A DNA stretch of 64,000 nucleotides from assembly GCA_001179505.1 (NCBI GenBank), contig CDMY01000468.1, positions 1 through 64,000 of the forward strand, read 5' to 3'. Positions 62,801-64,000 of this stretch are shown in pieces; position 1 is the first letter of the stretch; the number at the start of each line of letters is the position of its first letter. Below the pieces are notes generated by a model, which saw only the letters and a list, made by a program, of their open reading frames with translations, did not search any database and was not told where the DNA came from. The position numbers were made by a program, and so were the translations under genes. Source of the DNA: Vitrella brassicaformis CCMP3155. Taxonomy: Eukaryota; Protista; Chromerida.

Positions 62801-63198
62801 TGGACGGACGTGCACTGCATGGCTCCTGGTCACGTCAGTTTGTTACCGAGTGTGCCCTTCTGAATGGCAAACAGGAACCGTAGCTTGTGCCGGTGGATGC
62901 AAGACGTCTGAATGAACACAAGGTTGCGCGTGCACATCCATGCCATCTGTGTCTGTCCCTCCCTCCCTCCCTGACTGACTGACTGATTGACCTGGAAGAT
63001 GTTCTCGAGTGTGGGCTTGATTTTGGCGACGAGGGCACTGACCGCCTCGAGGCTCTCCAAACTCTCATCAGCCACACCAGCTGCAGTGCACCCCACCACA
63101 CATCACATCAACCAATCGCCGTATGTCGGTGTCAGTCAGAGATGCGCACCATCGATGGCTTTGAGCAGCTCCTCGGCGATGGTGGCCGACGGCAACAC
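59845..63198 (-). CDS. Array copy B: eIF4G-type W2 module + CHAT half + NB-ARC-like core + different C-terminal tail; no own start codon, crosses a gap
   Basis: Five in-frame W2 exons 63198-62276, CHAT exons 62204-61890, NB-ARC exons 61325-60350, unique tail 60300-59845. Confidence 0.65.
61577..61876. other. Assembly gap (300 N)
   Basis: Run of N. Confidence 1.
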
Positions 63199-63269
63199 CT
63201 GACGACATGCAGACAGACAGACAGAAGACAGACAAGGAGACCATCGCATAAAGCACCACTTGACGCCAC

Positions 63270-64000
63270 ATATTTATACCAGTCGACGCACAGCCCCGTC
63301 GGGAGTGATGACAAGAGCACCTCCGAGTGGTCGGCAGCCGCCGGCAGCAACACAAACTTGTTCGACTGTCAATCAAAAGACACATACAAGGCATCACATC
63401 ACCATCACAATGAGCATGCCCCCTCCTCCCTCCCTCCCTCGCACACACGTGTGTCTGAGAGGTGTGCTGTCCATACCTCTTGGTGGGGCGAGGGGATCTC
63501 CGCCGAGTGTCTGACGAGCCAGTTGATGGAGTTGCCGACCAACAACGAGTGGTAGAAGGCGTAGGCGAACTTGCGGGCGGCCGTGTCAGCCACGTGCAGA
63601 GCGCCCGCATCCAAACTGACCGGCCGATCCACACACACACACACACACACACGACTGCTGTCTATGTCTTGTTTCCGTCGTGTGGCGGTGGTGGTGATTA
63701 CAATGCGGAGGCGACGGCTCGCGAGTCGCAGCTGCTGAGCACCACGCACTGGCATGACGTGCCGCGCTGAACAAAACTCCACGGGCCCGGCGACCTGACA
63801 CCAACACACCGACACACAACACACATGAGGCCCATTCTGACAGCTCACTCTATCTCACCTGAACAGGTCGCAGAGTGAGTCGGCAGTTCGGCAGCAAGTG
63901 GGTCGCCCTCGGCCACATCCTCGTTGATCTCGGCAGCACGCGGGTCGCCCTCACACGGGGCCGTCTTGAGCCAATCCAACCAGTTGACCACCTGACAGCA
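63270..64000 (-). CDS. Array copy A: last W2 exon + CHAT exons; truncated at the junction with copy B and continues beyond the window
   Basis: VVNWLDWLKTAP; CVVLSSCDSRAVASAFLDAGALHVADTAARKFAYAFYHSLL; SNKFVLLP. A 4-nt deletion in the W2 exon relative to copies B and D shifts its phase. Confidence 0.6.

Noticed and set aside
1-64000. CRISPR arrays, rRNA genes, intact transposase/RT/integrase, telomeric repeats
   Set aside because: None seen; the periodic repeats are simple microsatellites or gene duplications.

Overview
Eukaryotic nuclear DNA. It is intron-dense, with short introns full of (CA)n/(GACA)n/(GGAT)n microsatellites, and has five 300-N scaffold gaps. Bipartite signal+transit leaders on plastid proteins point to an alga with a complex plastid. 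The intron style and lineage-specific gene families suggest the chromerid Vitrella brassicaformis or a close relative (inference, not a database result). Recognisable genes: a ubiquitin-like-domain protein, a SUEL-lectin/PAN secreted protein, a DUF819 plastid membrane protein head-to-head with EMC4, an MLO-like EF-hand membrane protein, THF1/Psb29, an RRM+KH RNA-binding protein, a 'YNHxDSYP' family protein, a rhodanese + catalytically dead dual-specificity phosphatase, tRNA-Ser(GCT), AMMECR1, an F-box-like protein and three members of lineage-expanded families. The most unusual part is 55.9-64 kb on the minus strand. It is a rearranged tandem array of NLR-like genes in which an eIF4G/DAP5-type W2 domain is spliced in frame to the Cys half of a CHAT (caspase-like) protease, followed by a P-loop-less NB-ARC-like STAND module and a helical tail. 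There is also an intron-poor island of decayed ORFs (GRF zinc finger, GIY-YIG nuclease) at 33-39.5 kb, and several otherwise intact genes broken by a single frameshift or stop. All exon structures were assembled by eye, all domain calls are motif recognition from memory, and outer boundaries of multi-exon genes are approximate.
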